A DNA stretch of 28,395 nucleotides from positions 1 through 28,395 of the forward strand of contig NW_021827520.1 of NCBI RefSeq assembly GCF_006345805.1, read 5' to 3'. Below are positions 11,523 to 23,690 of the stretch, piece after piece. Under the pieces are notes generated by a model. That model did not search any database and was not told the DNA's origin. It saw only the letters and a program-made list of their open reading frames with translations. The position numbers were made by a program, and so were the translations under genes. Each line of letters opens with the position of its first letter. Position 1 is the stretch's first letter. This DNA is from Octopus sinensis. Taxonomy: Eukaryota.

Positions 11523-12347
11523 ATTCTCCTCTTTCTTTCTCTCTCCTTCATTAGGCCTCAGTCATTTTTTTACGATAATCACACACTGCAATATCAATCA
11601 TTACTTTGAAATGATTTCATCAAGAGAATTCTTCAATACGATGTCAGTCAGAAGTTTCTAACACAACACTTGGACATATCAATGTCAACGAAACCATTTT
11701 GACAACGCGGTCATACTACCCTGTCAATAATGACTTTCTGGTGATGCTCCCATACATACAATAATTCCAGACGGTGTCAATGAGATGACAGTTAAACTGT
11801 TACTGTCTATTAAATAATTGACGACAATTGTAGTAACCAAAATTTCAACAACTGTAGTTTGTCAACTACAGTGTCAGTCAGAATTTTATTTTATGAAATT
11901 TCCAAAGACAGTTTTAGGGAGACGTCTGTTATACAACACGCTATGCACATCCACACACACACACACACACCAGCAGTGTCAATCAAGTAACTATGCTGAT
12001 GCTGTCAAACTATAGTGTCAGTTAAAACTTTGTTTCCATAGAGTGTTGGAAACACAAGCACAACCATACACACAAACATGTACACACACGCATGAAACAC
12101 TGTCAACCAAATACGCTATGAGAATACTATGGGATTACTATGTGACAATCATAAATTTCTGACCACGCTTTCATAAAGTGACATTGAAACATCAGTGACA
12201 GAAACGTCAAAACGCAAAATGACAATGAAAGCATTATGACAACGCCGTCAAACCATATAGTGAGTCAGTCAGAACTTCTGGGGATATTTCCATTAAGAGT
12301 GTCAGTGAGAAATCTTCTTACAAATCTTTCACACACACACATGCACA

Positions 12348-12405
<58 letters not shown>

Positions 12406-12584
12406 TACACAGTGTCCACTGTCAGTCAATCAATGAAGTATATAACATAGTAGTGTAGACTAAACAGATAAGAAAAAATATTAATTATGTTTATACCAAA
12501 ACAGAAAAAGAGATTTTTTTGTTTACATCCAGGAGAATTTTCCGGAATTTTTTCCATTATCATTACCAGCATAGTTATTAATGC

Positions 12585-12662
12585 ATTATATTATTATTAT
12601 TGCTGTTGTTGCTGTTGTTGTTCTTGCTCTTGTTGTTGTTGTTGTTGTTGTTGTTATTATTA

Positions 12663-12694
<32 letters not shown>

Positions 12695-12753
12695 TATTAT
12701 TATTGCTGTTGTTGCTGTTGTTGGTTCTGCTCTTGTTGTTGTTGTTGTTGTTG

Positions 12754-12849
<96 letters not shown>

Positions 12850-12850
12850 T
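12585..12850. repeat. (ATT/GTT/AGT)n compound microsatellite with an internal block duplication
   Basis: Block attgctgttgttgctgttgttg..ctcttgttg occurs twice. Confidence 0.9.
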
Positions 12851-12899
12851 GTTAAGTGCCTCTTTTTTCCACCTTGTTTCACATCCATGTGTTTACTCC

Positions 12900-12962
<63 letters not shown>

Positions 12963-12986
12963 GAATGTATGTATGTATGTATGTAT

Positions 12987-13347
12987 AAACTCGACTCCGT
13001 CGGTCACGAATGACCATGGGTGCATCAACTAGGTCCCCTCCGGTGTACAAGTCTGGGCGGAAAGTCGCCTCACCGGTGAACACGCAACATGGGGTTGTTT
13101 TTAGGGAAGACCAACAGTCTCCCATGCATACCAGTCCTCCCCTCTCCATGCCACCGATGTTATCAAAGGGAAAGGCAAAGGCTGATACAGCTTGGCACCA
13201 GTGACGTTGCAACTCTTTTCTACAGCTGAGTGAACTGGAGCAACATGGAATAAAGTGTCTTGCTCAAGGACAGAACGCGTGTCTGGGAACTGAACTCACA
13301 AACACACGATCGTAAGCTCGACGCTCTAACCACTGAGTCATGCGCCT
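12987..13347 (-). mobile_element. tRNA-derived SINE with CORE-like centre (family 3)
   Basis: Minus start aggcgcatgactcagtggttagagcg; centre cttgagcaagacactttattccatgttgctccagttcactcagctg; 3' part homologous to 16702-17045. Confidence 0.8.
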
Positions 13348-13417
13348 TCACTCTCTTTCTCCCTCTCTCCTTCTCTGTCTCTCTCTTTCTCTCTCTCCCT
13401 CTACACACACACACACG

Positions 13418-13468
<51 letters not shown>

Positions 13469-13810
13469 GTATAATTTACACTGAATAAACACGTGTACCG
13501 AGATGCAATTCGAAAGCCTGCTTGTTACAATTCTATGTACCATGCTGGATACATTTGTTGTTCGTCTGGTTTGTTGATGTTTTATTCATTTTTATATGTC
13601 TCCATTATGCTTACACTGAAGATTAAAAAGTGCATTATGTGCACTAATAATGAAATCATATGATATGCAGCTGAATCTGTTTTTAAAAGGCTCGCTTCGA
13701 GAGTTGCATTCCCTCGCGTTCGGTACAGTGTGCTTATTGTGGTAGTTTTTGACTTTAAGAGTCCCTCCTAGCGTAAGACATTATGTAAAGTAATGCCCTT
13801 GCATATACAT

Positions 13811-13845
<35 letters not shown>

Positions 13846-14255
13846 TATATTATATATATATATATATATTATATATTATATAAGTGTGTGTGTGTGTATA
13901 TATATGTGCATGCAGCCAGTTCCTTTATTTTCCGTTTCAAAATACTTATAAAGTGCTTCGCCAGCCACTCAACTCTTGTCATTAGCTCTCTGCAACCAAT
14001 GTCAAGAGTTGGATAGATGCAGTATGTTTCCTGATAATCCTTTCTGGTTAAGCATCCATATGATTTTGGAACACCCCGTGCAGGTTTCCGAGCAACCATA
14101 ATGGTGAAACATACGTGGGAACTAATAATATTAACCTTGTGTTTATCTTAAATTTGTCCTATGTATAGATATATATATGCATGTATATTTACATACATAC
14201 ATGTATACGTACATATATACATACATATGTACGTACATGCATACTTACAAACACA

Positions 14256-14315
<60 letters not shown>

Positions 14316-14726
14316 TGTAAAAATTAATAAAAAACAGCTGTTTGCAACGTTATACCGTGAAGGATAATTATAATCGACAATTAAACTTGACTATGGGTGG
14401 GAATAACACCCACATAGCTTAAAATAGGAGCTAAAATATTCCAACGCTTTTACAAATGACATAACATATACTATGGTAGGGGCTACAATCACCCCGAAGA
14501 AATGAAATGCTCAATCATCAAAATCATAGACAGACTTCGCTAAAATTCTGATATTTCTCTCACAGCTAGGCATTCTAATATTTCGTTACGTTTCAGTATT
14601 TCTTATTCACGCTGCGTGGTACGTAAAATACAATTTTCAAAGAATTAGTAACAAGCCATTAAAAGAATGCGTATAAGTCATCCATTATGGTAATAGTCTC
14701 ATTAATGACCGTGGTATATAGCACTT

Positions 14727-15114
14727 ATGTGGAGGCGCAATGGCCCAGTGGTTAGGGCAGCGGACTCGCGGTCGTAGGATCGCGGTTTCGATTTCCCAGA
14801 CCGGGCGTTGTGAGTGTTTATTGAGCGAAAACACCTAAAAAGCTCCACGAGGCTCCGGCAGGTGATGGTGGTGATCCCTGATGTACTCTTTCACCACAAC
14901 TTTCTCTCACTCTTACTTCCTGTTTCTGTTGTACCTGTATTTCAAAGGGCCGGCCTTGTCACTCTCTGTGTCATGCTGAATATCCCCGAGAACTACGTTA
15001 AGGGTGCACGTGTCTGTGGAGTGCTCAGCCACTTACACGTTAATTTCACGAGCAGGCTGTTCCGTTGATCGGATCAACCGGAACCCTCGTCGTCGTAACC
15101 GACGGAGTGCTTCC
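14727..15114 (+). mobile_element. tRNA-derived SINE (family 4, OR-like) with TSD
   Basis: Head gtggaggcgcaatggcccagtggttaggg and ggtttcgatttccc; perfect 11-bp TSD atatagcactt at 14716-14726 and 15115-15125. Confidence 0.9.
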
Positions 15115-15402
15115 ATATAGCACTTGAATATTGTATGCCATCGATTGGAGAACGAAATGAGATACATCTCTGAGGAGCGTTAAAGTACTTTTCAAACAGT
15201 CCGTCATGAATCTCTCTTCCACTTCTTTCGGTACATTGAAAGCTTGGAAAGATTGTGTTAGTATTCTTATACCTTCTCACCTCGGGTTTCTAATATTCAA
15301 ATGTAATTCGCTCGTTCTGACATGGATTGCAACACACACTCACACGCTTACAGACATGCACACTCACATACACACATATACATACACGCATACATACATG
15401 CA

Positions 15403-15723
15403 TACCACCTTGACCGACCAGTCCGTCGGGCGTCCATTTGACACCGCTGGTCACAGCACGCTGTCCACTCCTCTCTGGATCGCGCCTTTCTCATCCATAT
15501 GATCCCAATCGTCCTCCTGAAATCGTAACTCCACCGTCGTGGAGGCCTTCCGAGTGGTCGTTTCTGCTCGCGCGGATACCACACGACAACTGCGCGTGTC
15601 CACCGATTATCGGTGAGCCGGGCGACGTTTCCAGCCCATCTAAACTTGCTGCGCGTATACTCTGCGATGACATCCCTCACGCCGGACTTCTTACTCTGCG
15701 ATGACATCCTTCACGCCAGACAT
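15403..15723 (-). mobile_element. 5'-truncated RTE-clade LINE fragment (ORF C-terminus)
   Basis: SKFRWAGNVARLTDNRWTRAVVVWYPREQKRPLGRPPRRW matches the RTE C-terminal RWAGHVAR..DNRW..W.P...KRP.GRP..RW pattern. A 15-bp repeat gcatacatacatgca at 15388-15402 and 15724-15738 is a likely TSD, though in low-complexity context. Confidence 0.85.
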
Positions 15724-16001
15724 GCATACATACATGCAAAATATGAAGACACGATAAAACGTTGGTTCACCAAACCAATGCATATAAACATAACACACCC
15801 ACACAGAGTGTCTACTCAAGCAGGATCAATGTATCCCACATCTCTGATCGTCTAATCCCTGTCTGCTTCGAAATTCTCTCTGAATATTCTCAGTCATGGC
15901 TCAGGCATGAGTAGTCTCACTTCATCTGTGATATGGTTCATCATCTGTGACATGGTTCCTAAGCTACTACGAGGTCTTTATCGACTATTTATCACCTCAG
16001 A

Positions 16002-16234
16002 AAGGCGGCGAGCTGGCAGAAACGTTAGCGCGCCGGGCGAAATGCTTAGCAGTATGTCGTCAGTCGTTACGTTCTGAGTTCAAATTCCGCCGAGGTCGAC
16101 TTTGCTTTTCATCCTTTCGGGGTCGATAAATAAAGTACCAGTTTCGCACTGCGGTCGATGTAATCGACTTATTCCCTTTGTCTGTCCTTGTTTGTCCCCT
16201 CTATGTTTAGCCCCTTGTGGGCAGTAATAAAATA
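16002..16234 (+). mobile_element. SINE family 1, full-length with TSD
   Basis: Perfect 16-bp TSD tatttatcacctcaga at 15986-16001 and 16235-16250. Confidence 0.92.
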
Positions 16235-16701
16235 TATTTATCACCTCAGACACTGGGGCAACTCGTTCTTCATCTCATCCCTCTAAATACGTTTCTTTCT
16301 CGAAATAAGCATTACGGCCCTCTGGAGCGGGAGCAAAAATTTTATAGCAGTACTGAGGACGACTGGGATGGTAGACGTAATAGTTACATCAGTACAGATT
16401 TTTTTTTTTTACTCTTATCTCCTATTTAAATATTAACTTAAAAAATATTTTTGTATAAATACTATAAATTGCTTGTTAGCCATAACAACCACACTAACAA
16501 TAACAATTATAATATCAACAATGACAATAGACTTAACTATATGCATAAATACATAAACAAAACCGAATATATGCTAAGCTATGCTCGTAATTTATAAACA
16601 ATGAGGGAAAGTATATACGAAAAGACATTGTCGAAAATTGTGGGTCACAGCACATGCAGCGCTAGTATCGTTCTCACTGGTATATTGCTCGTTGTATGAA
16701 T

Positions 16702-17045
16702 AGGTGCGTGGTTCAGCGGTTAGAGCGTCAGGCTCTCAATCCTAAGATAGTGAGTTCAAATCCTGGACCGGGCTGCGTGTTGTGTTCTTGAACAAGATAT
16801 TTTATTTCATGATTCTCCAGTTCACTCAGTTGTAGAAATGGATTGCAACATCACTGGTGTTATGATGTATCGGTCTTTTTCTTTTCTTTGGATATCATCG
16901 GTGGTGTTGAGAGGAGAGACTGGTATGCATGGGTGATTGCTGGTCTTCCATAAACAACCCTGCCTGTACCTGTGCTTCGGAGAATATCTTTCTAAGTGCA
17001 ATCTCATGGTCGTTCATGATCGAAGGGTTTCTTTAACCCCTTTTT
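16702..17045 (+). mobile_element. tRNA-derived SINE with CORE-like centre (family 3)
   Basis: A-box-like tggttcagcggttagagc and B-box-like gagttcaaatcc; homologous to 12987-13347. Confidence 0.8.
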
Positions 17046-17147
17046 TTATTTATATTTGTGATGTATTTCATCTTGCGGATTCGCAAGAAAAAGGCTTTGA
17101 AAAATGACAGTTAAATAAAAATGTTTGAAATTCACATTTTTAAATTA

Positions 17148-17572
17148 TAGCCCCTTGTGGGTAGTAAAGAAATAAGTATTTCGTCTGCCGCTACGTTTTG
17201 AGTTCAAATTCCGCTGAGGTCGACTTTGCCTTTTATCCTTTCGGGGTCGATTAAATAAGTCCCAGTTACTCACTGGGGTCGATATAATCAACTTAATCCG
17301 TTTGTCTGTCCTTGTTTGTCCCCTCTATGTTTAGCCCCTTGTGGGCAATAAACAAATAATAAAGAAATAAGAAACGCTAACACGCCGAGCAAAATGCTTC
17401 GCGGTATTTCGTATGTCTTTACATTCGGAGTTCAAATTCCGCCGAGGTCGACTGCGCCTTTTATCCTTTCAAGGGTCGATGAATTAAGTACTAGTTGCGT
17501 ATTGGGGTCGATCTAATTTGACTGGCTCCGCCCCCAAAATTTCGGGCCTTGAACCTAGAGTAGAAAATAATA
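17148..17572 (+). mobile_element. Head-to-tail array of SINE family 1 pieces
   Basis: Orphan tail 17148-17174, 5'-truncated monomer 17176-17369, second monomer 17370-17572 with a different 3' end. Confidence 0.85.
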
Positions 17573-18104
17573 TTATGCACGCTTTATGTAAAACACAAGT
17601 ATTTGAATGAGGACTCCCACGTCGTTATACGATCTAGACATAGATTATATTGCAAAAATCCTAAATCAACTCTATTACTGATTACTATGAATAATCTATT
17701 CATACATGCATGAATATATGCGGCTTCATACATTTCAATTAAAACTGGTTTAGTCCGTAATTGCTTTATTTTGTGCCATAAAAATAATGGTTTACTGTAG
17801 CCAATAATATTATTTACTTTCTTTTTCTATCATGACATAATAAATCATAAGAGCAAATTAACGAATAAAGAAATTAAAATAAGAAATAATGACACGACAG
17901 TAGGCGGGATTATAAGTATATTGACTTTTTCCACTGTATCAGAAACATGACTCAATTTAGCAATGAAAAATAAAAAATAAACAACAACAAAAACTCCTAG
18001 ATATAAAATAATTAAAACAACAACAGCAACAACAAGAATAATAATAACAATAAAAACTGCTACAACAACAATAATAATGTTGACTGCCTTAATGCTAAAA
18101 ATAT

Positions 18105-18192
18105 TGGTTTTAAATTTTAGCACAAGGTTAGCAGATTCAGAACGTGAAGACGGACAAAAATGCTACCGATTCTACGAGCTCGATTCCTTGGC
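18105..18192 (-). mobile_element. Degenerate, internally deleted SINE family 1 remnant
   Basis: ttttagcacaagg tail and cagaacgtgaagacggacaaaaatgc head motifs, similar to 19128-19315. Confidence 0.5.
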
Positions 18193-18197
18193 TAAAA

Positions 18198-18199
<2 letters not shown>

Positions 18200-18267
<68 letters not shown>

Positions 18268-18305
18268 TTATAATGATGATGATGATGATGATGATAATGA
18301 TGATG

Positions 18306-18341
<36 letters not shown>

Positions 18342-18501
18342 TAATGATAATAATAATAATGATAATAATAATAATAATAATGATGATAATAATAATAATA
18401 ATAATAATGATGATGATGATAATATTAATAATAATAATAATAAAATAATAATAATGATAATAACAATAATGATATTAATAATGATAATAATAATGATGAT
18501 G

Positions 18502-18564
<63 letters not shown>

Positions 18565-18605
18565 GTAATAATTATAATTATAATCACGACAACAACAACA
18601 ACAAT
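18200..18605. repeat. (AAT/GAT)n microsatellite
   Basis: Directly visible. Confidence 0.95.
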
Positions 18606-18610
18606 AATAC

Positions 18611-19114
18611 TGTTGTTGTTGTTGGCATCCTTTTGTCTCGGGAGACAATGGAGTTGCGCATAAGCTAATCCAGTCTGGTTTTTACATTTCGTATCCTCTC
18701 AAGTTTCCTCTCCAGTTTTGCGTAGGTCTGGACTAGATGTAAGAAAACCCTGGGTAGTCCAATCGTCAGGATTCCTCTCTCGACCTTGCTGACGTAGTCC
18801 AAAGTAGTGCATAGCATTACGTTTGACACCAGCTTGGTTGCAGGAGCTGCCGGAAGAGTGTCGAGTCGAACACTAAACAGCCTACGGGTCTCCACTCTGG
18901 ATTTCTTTGAAGGCTGTCTCCTTTCCGTAACCCTTGATAGGGGCCCATACCGGGTACTGTCAGAAGAGAGGGTGCCAGTTGTTTACACCGACCCAAATAC
19001 TTAACTGGTACTTATTTTATCAACCCCAAAAGAAGGGAGGCAAAGTAAACCTTCGAGGGTTTACAAATTAAACCTTTGTCTGGTGTACTTAAGATTCTGC
19101 CACGTGACCACCTT
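18611..19114 (-). mobile_element. Long SINE-like element: family 1-type head, about 350-bp unrelated body, (CAA)n tail
   Basis: Minus start aaggtggtcacgtggcagaatc, then gataaaataagtaccag; ends actccattgtctcccgagacaaaaggatgcc(aac)n. Confidence 0.65.
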
Positions 19115-19127
19115 AATACTAAAAATA

Positions 19128-19315
19128 ATAGTTTCAAATTTTAGCACATTTCGGCCGTGGGCGCAAGTCAATTACATCAACTGGTACTTACATTATCGAC
19201 TCCGAAAGGATGATGTCGATCATTGCAGAATTTTAACTCACAACGTGAAGAGGGACAAAATGTCGCTAAGTAGTTCGGCCAGCATGTTAACGATTCTGCC
19301 AGTTCACTGCCTTGG
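19128..19315 (-). mobile_element. Diverged SINE family 1 copy
   Basis: Reverse complement aligns to the family 1 head and centre (gcagtgaactggcagaatcgttaac..., gataatgtaagtaccag). Confidence 0.7.
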
Positions 19316-19566
19316 TTAAAATGGCTACTGAAAATGAGTTCATTCAAATAAACGAGGACAATATAATTTAACACAAATCGATTAGTTAGAAACCAATTAA
19401 CACAGAAAAGCTTAGATGTAATGAGGGGATAATTAATGAAATTCCTCCTAAATTTATGTTAAAGAATGAAGGCATACACAAAATAATCCCGATGAACACA
19501 TTTTTTTGTTTTTGCATTTCTGTACTAAACTTCTTTTAACATACTTTGCTTTCATTACGCATCTCA

Positions 19567-19569
<3 letters not shown>

Positions 19570-19617
<48 letters not shown>

Positions 19618-19644
19618 TATATATATCTATATATATATGCTTGC

Positions 19645-19736
<92 letters not shown>

Positions 19737-19740
19737 TCTT

Positions 19741-19815
<75 letters not shown>

Positions 19816-20084
19816 AATATATGTATATATATATTATATACATGTATTATGTGTGTGTGTATACATGTATTTTTGTTGCATGCATGCATGAATGTATTTG
19901 TATGTATTCTCACACAAATTTGCATTCGCACCTATTTCGTTATTTCCTAATTCCATTTATTTGTCATAATTCACATTGTGTATATATAGGATCTTAGGGG
20001 TCAACAAATAATACAATAATATTAATAATGATAATAATAATGATGATGACGACCATCATTATATTATTATTATTATTATTATTA

Positions 20085-20133
<49 letters not shown>

Positions 20134-20148
20134 TTTATTTTTATTATT

Positions 20149-20179
<31 letters not shown>

Positions 20180-20205
20180 TATTATCATTATTATCATCAT
20201 TATTA

Positions 20206-20248
<43 letters not shown>

Positions 20249-20272
20249 CATTATTAATCATTATTATCATTA

Positions 20273-20330
<58 letters not shown>

Positions 20331-20335
20331 GATAT
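19570..20335. repeat. (TA)n/(TATC)n/(CT)n and (AAT)/(ATT)n microsatellites
   Basis: Tracts at 19570-19850 and 20020-20335. Confidence 0.9.
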
Positions 20336-20680
20336 TATTTCGCTAGTCCATGCTAATTTAGTTAGCAGGCATTTCAACTTCAGCCTTCGCGACAGTAAGT
20401 CTCCACTAATCTCAAGACTCTGTCTTGGGATTCCTGCAGAATATATGACAGGACTTTTCTGCAGGTCGACAATGCGAGTTTCAAATCCAAACTATCCTGA
20501 ACATTGCTCCTTCTCAACCTACAGTAATAAAACCCCGAATAATTCCCTCCAGTATAACTCCTCTATGCCCGATAGAAAAATAAACAATCAATCATTTACT
20601 GTTTACTCCATCGCTTCTTTTCCCTTATTCCTTTATTTCTCAGTCCTGAGTTGAAACAGTGCCCTAGTGTTTGTATAATT

Positions 20681-21093
20681 GGGATCGTTTCGGTTTGAAC
20701 GGCAGTTTTTTTCTAGCGGTGTCATATGAAATTGTCACCCATAATTATGACCCTAGTATCGATCTATTGCATTTCAATCTATTTTAGGGTTAGGGGTGGG
20801 GTGAAGGGTATCTTTTTTTCTTCACAAATGTAAATAAACCCAATCTGTTTCTTAAACGAGGGACATATTCATACGGCACAGAATGTTGTTTACCTCAATG
20901 GACGTCATTGGTTGGTTGAAATTGCAGAAATTGAAGAAAAAATCAACAAATATCTTACAAACTATAGAATTTTCTCAATAAAGCCAAGAGAAAAAGATGT
21001 TTTATAAACACATTCTACCAGTATACGAAGTTTAAAAGTGTTTAGTTACCTAGAAATTACGTTAAAAACTGCCGTTCAAACCGAAAAGATCCT
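20681..21093. mobile_element. 413-bp MITE with about 30-bp TIRs
   Basis: Left gggatcgtttcggtttgaacggcagttttt; right aaaaactgccgttcaaaccgaaaagatcct; flanking direct repeat ataatt at 20675-20680 and 21094-21099. Confidence 0.88.
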
Positions 21094-21746
21094 ATAATTG
21101 TTATAACTCAAACAATAAAGACAGTTACAATAGTAATTCCTGCACCCCACTAACTACTTCAGTAGTGTATATGGTGTTCGAATAAACCTATTGTGCCCAA
21201 GCATGGTTTAGTAATTCTGCGTTAGGTCTGACTCTATCTAGAAAACATCCCATAGCGTACCTCCTACTGTTCAATAAATTCTATTATTGCAAGGTTTTTA
21301 TATCAACTGCACTATACACACCAAAAATCATTACTACAAAGATTTAAGTAGATTCTGTTTTACTTAATATAGGGAGCCAAAGCAAACTAATTAATTTAAA
21401 TACTTTCCATGGCAATTATGAAAAAAAAATGTATCAATATCATAATTAATTCTGGTTTAAAGGCAGTGGGGGTGGGGGTGATTTCCAGAATTAAAACCAA
21501 TGCAAATTATGCTAATAAATTATTTTCTCACTGCGCGTGCTATTTTCGATTAATTAAAGCTATTCTTCCTGACACTTAGGGCAGAGTATCGTACTATATT
21601 CATTGGTAGGCCATTAAAGCAAGTATACAACAGTGTTCATTTACAGAGTCATGTGATAGGGAAAAGGGGAAGACAGAAAGGAAAAACTTTTAAAATAAAA
21701 ATAGAAAAGTAAACAAATAAAATAAAGGAGGAAAAGAAAAGAAAAG

Positions 21747-22657
21747 TCACAGTGACAATGCTCTTCTTAATACCTGTGACGTACCAGTTAAGAAAATCGT
21801 TTGCACTTCCTACATGAATGGTAAGCCAGGGATCTTAAATAATTTTCAGTTCCTTTTTTGGTCATTCCAAGTGTTCCTACAATCGCTGGTATTGTAACTG
21901 TCTTGAGATGCCACATTTTTTCGTTATCGATAAGCAGGCCTTTATATTTTCTGAGCTTATAAAATTCTTTTGCCGAGATATTATGGTCACAAGGAATGGT
22001 CATGTCAATCAATAAACAGACTTTATTGCGGCGAGCTTGCAGAAACGTTAGCACACCGGGCGAAATGTATAGCCATATTTCGTCTGTCGCTACGTTCTGA
22101 GTTCAAATTCCGCCGAGGTCGACTTTGCCTTTCATCCTTTCGGGGTCCATAAATTAAGTACCAGTTACGCACTGGGGTCGATGTAATCGGCTTAATCTGT
22201 TTGTCTGTCCTTGTTTGTCCCCTCTGTGTTTAGCCCCTTGTGGGTAGTAAAGAAATAAATAAACAGACTTTATTGCTTTTGTCTTTCACAACAATTTCTG
22301 GTTCATTTGCCTTGTTGGTTCGATCTGTACATACTGGAAAGTCCCAAAGAATAATTACATTTCCTCCCTCAGTTAGTCTCAGGGCAGTGCTTGTACCATT
22401 TGTCAGCAGTTTTGATTTTATAATGCCGACACATTATCTAATGTAGATATTGGCCAACTTTGTCATACCTTGATTTGTACTCTATAGTTGCTAAAACCTT
22501 ACATCCAGAGACTGTTTCTATCACATCGTTGCAGTATCAGCACTTTGGGTCCACACCATTTTTCACCACATTGGCTTGATAGTTCTGGGTTCATAAGCTC
22601 TGATATTGGGCAGCCAAGATAAAGCCTTCACTCTCTGCCTTTAGCCCTGAGCTCCTA
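21747..22657 (-). mobile_element. Decayed REL-endonuclease non-LTR retrotransposon 3' fragment A (R4/Dong-like), split by a SINE
   Basis: My translation gives GLKAESEGFILAAQYQSL*TQNY, PKC*YCNDVIETVSGC (zinc-knuckle remnant), LWDFPVCTDRTNKANEPEIVVKDKSNKVCLLIDMTIPCDHNISAKE...KY and LTGTSQVLRRALSL*. Contains stops and frameshifts. Confidence 0.88.
22029..22257 (+). mobile_element. SINE family 1, full-length, inserted in LINE fragment A
   Basis: Perfect 18-bp TSD aataaacagactttattg at 22011-22028 and 22258-22275. Confidence 0.95.
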
Positions 22658-22683
22658 ATTATCATTATTATTATTATTATTAA

Positions 22684-22743
<60 letters not shown>

Positions 22744-22752
22744 CATTATTAC

Positions 22753-22825
<73 letters not shown>

Positions 22826-22860
22826 GTTATTATTATTGACAATATTATTAATAATATTAT

Positions 22861-23133
22861 GGCGGCGAGCTGAAAGAATCTTCAGCACGCTGGACGAAAT
22901 GCTTAGTGGTATTTCGCCCGATGCTACGTTCTAGGTTCAAATTCCGCCGAGGTCGAATTTGACTGTCATTCTTTTGGGGGGCGATGAATTAAGTACCAGT
23001 AAAAGACTGGGATCGATTCATCTTCATCCTACGACCAACTTGTGGCTGGTCGGAACTCCATTGACAATCCCTTCCATGTAATCGACTAGTCCTCTCCCCC
23101 AAAACTTCATGTCTTGTGCCTATAGTAGAAAGG
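22861..23133 (+). mobile_element. SINE family 1 copy with an internal insertion of about 55 bp, between ATT/AAT tracts
   Basis: Head ggcggcgagctgaaagaatc; tail agtagaaagg(att)n; extra sequence at about 23020-23077. Confidence 0.85.

Positions 23134-23690
<557 letters not shown>

Noticed and set aside
14727-14810. tRNA-like cloverleaf heads here and at 16702, 26848 and 28237
   Set aside because: They continue into SINE bodies and lack complete acceptor stems, so they are not tRNA genes.
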